A stretch of 51,990 bases of DNA from an uncultured Hyphomicrobiales bacterium (GTDB lineage: Bacteria; Pseudomonadota; Alphaproteobacteria; Rhizobiales; Phreatobacteraceae). This document shows positions 50,744 to 51,990 of the stretch, one piece after another. The stretch spans positions 1-51,990 of the forward strand of contig CAZEZD010000001.1 in the NCBI GenBank assembly GCA_964516115.1, given 5' to 3'. The notes under the pieces were generated by a model, which was not told the origin of the DNA, did no database searches, and was given only the letters and a program-made list of their open reading frames with translations. The first letter of the stretch is position 1. Every line of letters starts with the position of its first letter. A program made the position numbers and the translations under genes.

Positions 50744-51522
50744 TGTTCTCCGCTGAGGAACTCGAGCGCTACGCCCGCCACATCGTCCTGCGCGAGGTCG
50801 GCGGGCCGGGCCAGCAGAAGCTGAAGGCGGCGCGGGTCCTGGTGATCGGCGGCGGCGGCCTGGGTGCGCCGCTGCTCCTTTATCTCGCCGCGGCGGGTGT
50901 CGGCACCATCGGCATCGTCGACGATGACGGCGTGGCGCTGTCGAACCTCCAACGCCAGGTCATTCACCGCACCGAGGACGTCGACGTCCTCAAGACCGAG
51001 AGCGCGGCAAATGCCATCCGCCGGCTCAACCCCCATGTCGAGGTGGTGTCCCACGTCACGCGGCTCACGGCGTCGAACGCCCGCGATCTCGTGCGCGGCT
51101 ACGACATCGTCGCCGACGGCTCCGACAATTTCGCCACCCGCTATGCGGTCTCCGACGCCTGCTTCCATGAGGGCAGGCCCCTCGTGACGGCGGCGGTCGG
51201 CACCTTCGACGCGACGCTCACGACGCTGCGCCCGCACGAAAAGGCGCCCGACGGCACGCCGAACCCCACCTATCGCTGCCTGTTCCCCGATGCGCCGCCG
51301 CCGGGAACCGTGCCCTCCTGCCAGGAGGCCGGCATCCTCGGGGCGCTCACCGGCATCGTCGGGTCGATGATGGCGCTGGAGGTCATTCGCGAGATTGCGG
51401 GGTTCGGCGAGGGCCTCGTCGGCCGCCTCCTGATGATCGACACCCGCGCCATGCGCTTCGAGACCGTGCGCTACCGCTGGGACCCGGAGAACCCGCTGAA
51501 CGGCAGCGGCGCCGGCGGCTGA
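50743..51522 (+). CDS. moeB: Molybdopterin-synthase adenylyltransferase MoeB (ThiF/E1-like)
   Basis: ERYARHIVL, IGGGGLG, SNLQRQ, DGSDNFATRY, YRCLFP and SCQEAGILG. Confidence 0.9.
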   Translation: MFSAEELERYARHIVLREVGGPGQQKLKAARVLVIGGGGLGAPLLLYLAAAGVGTIGIVDDDGVALSNLQRQVIHRTEDVDVLKTESAANAIRRLNPHVEVVSHVTRLTASNARDLVRGYDIVADGSDNFATRYAVSDACFHEGRPLVTAAVGTFDATLTTLRPHEKAPDGTPNPTYRCLFPDAPPPGTVPSCQEAGILGALTGIVGSMMALEVIREIAGFGEGLVGRLLMIDTRAMRFETVRYRWDPENPLNGSGAGG

Positions 51523-51537
51523 TCAGCCGCGAGGGCA

Positions 51538-51930
51538 TCAATACTCGGCGTAGATCTCGATGATGTTGTCTTCCGGGTCGCGGAAGAACAGCGTCCGATG
51601 GCGCCAGTTCGGCAGATCGGTCGGCTCCCGCAGGATGGCCACGCCTTTGGCGACGAGCTCGGAATGGCAGGCATCGACTGCCGGAGGTGGCACACGGAAG
51701 GCGAGCTGGACCGCCGCCGATCCCGCGACGGCCGGGCCGTCGTCGCAGACCGACCAGGGTCCGCGCGGCCGAAGCGACAAGAGTGCCGAGCCGACGCGGA
51801 AACTCACCCAGGTGGGGAGGTCGGTCTCGACGGGAAATTGCATCACGTCGCGGTAGAAGGCGCGCGTTTCCTCCATGCGCGTGCAGATGAGAACGGTGTG
51901 GTCGAGGTTGCGGATGGCGGACAGGCTCAT
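51538..51930 (-). CDS. VOC/glyoxalase family protein
   Basis: LDHTVL..RAFYRDV, QLAFRV and LFFRDPEDNIIEI. Confidence 0.88.
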   Translation of the reverse strand: MSLSAIRNLDHTVLICTRMEETRAFYRDVMQFPVETDLPTWVSFRVGSALLSLRPRGPWSVCDDGPAVAGSAAVQLAFRVPPPAVDACHSELVAKGVAILREPTDLPNWRHRTLFFRDPEDNIIEIYAEY

Positions 51931-51937
51931 GCCGCCC

Positions 51938-51990
51938 TCACAGCATCGACGGCAGCACGCGGTCCGGCGGCTTGTGGCCGTCCATGAAGG
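51938..51990 (-). CDS. 3' end of a probable D-glycerate/2-hydroxyacid dehydrogenase (runs off the window)
   Basis: Minus-strand FMDGHKPPDRVLPSML*, matching the recalled C-terminus of the alphaproteobacterial D-glycerate dehydrogenase that usually sits near moeB. Confidence 0.7.
   Translation of the reverse strand, partial: FMDGHKPPDRVLPSML

Noticed and set aside
51515-51530. 16-bp palindrome GCGGCTGATCAGCCGC over the moeB stop
   Set aside because: No loop or U-tract and no second copy seen; cannot assign a function, although it may aid termination between convergent genes.

Overview
GC-rich alphaproteobacterial (Hyphomicrobiales-like; inferred from gene content, synteny and regulatory motifs) chromosomal window that very probably spans the replication origin. 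The core is the conserved block yggS | leuS-lptE-holA | parB-parA-rsmG-mnmG-mnmE-rho-hemJ-hemE | putative oriC | PDRP-maf-aroE-coaE-dnaQ, with three parS sites. To the left lie a CoA-ester catabolic operon end (MaoC, CitE, atypical SDR), a nested IS3/IS30 scar, an Old Yellow Enzyme, an IclR regulator and a trehalose locus. To the right lie pmtA-like, an SOS-boxed Lhr-core/PdeM pair, an orphan TadG, radC, acuI, a membrane-bound TAXI protein, fur, an acyltransferase, a low-GC orphan tail-collar gene, addAB, a YihU-like reductase divergent from a ComDE-like decarboxylase, moeB and a VOC gene. The most interesting candidate system is the trehalose locus (4664-12484). It combines back-to-back GGAAC-N16-CGTT (EcfG-type) promoters, a trehalose-6-phosphate synthase fused behind a receptor-like TM-periplasmic-TM module, OtsB, a GH15 hydrolase, an MFS transporter and a circularly permuted ROK-family kinase. 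No CRISPR array, rRNA or tRNA was recognised. All product calls come from recognising motifs by eye; no searches were run, and several start codons are my re-picks within the supplied ORFs.
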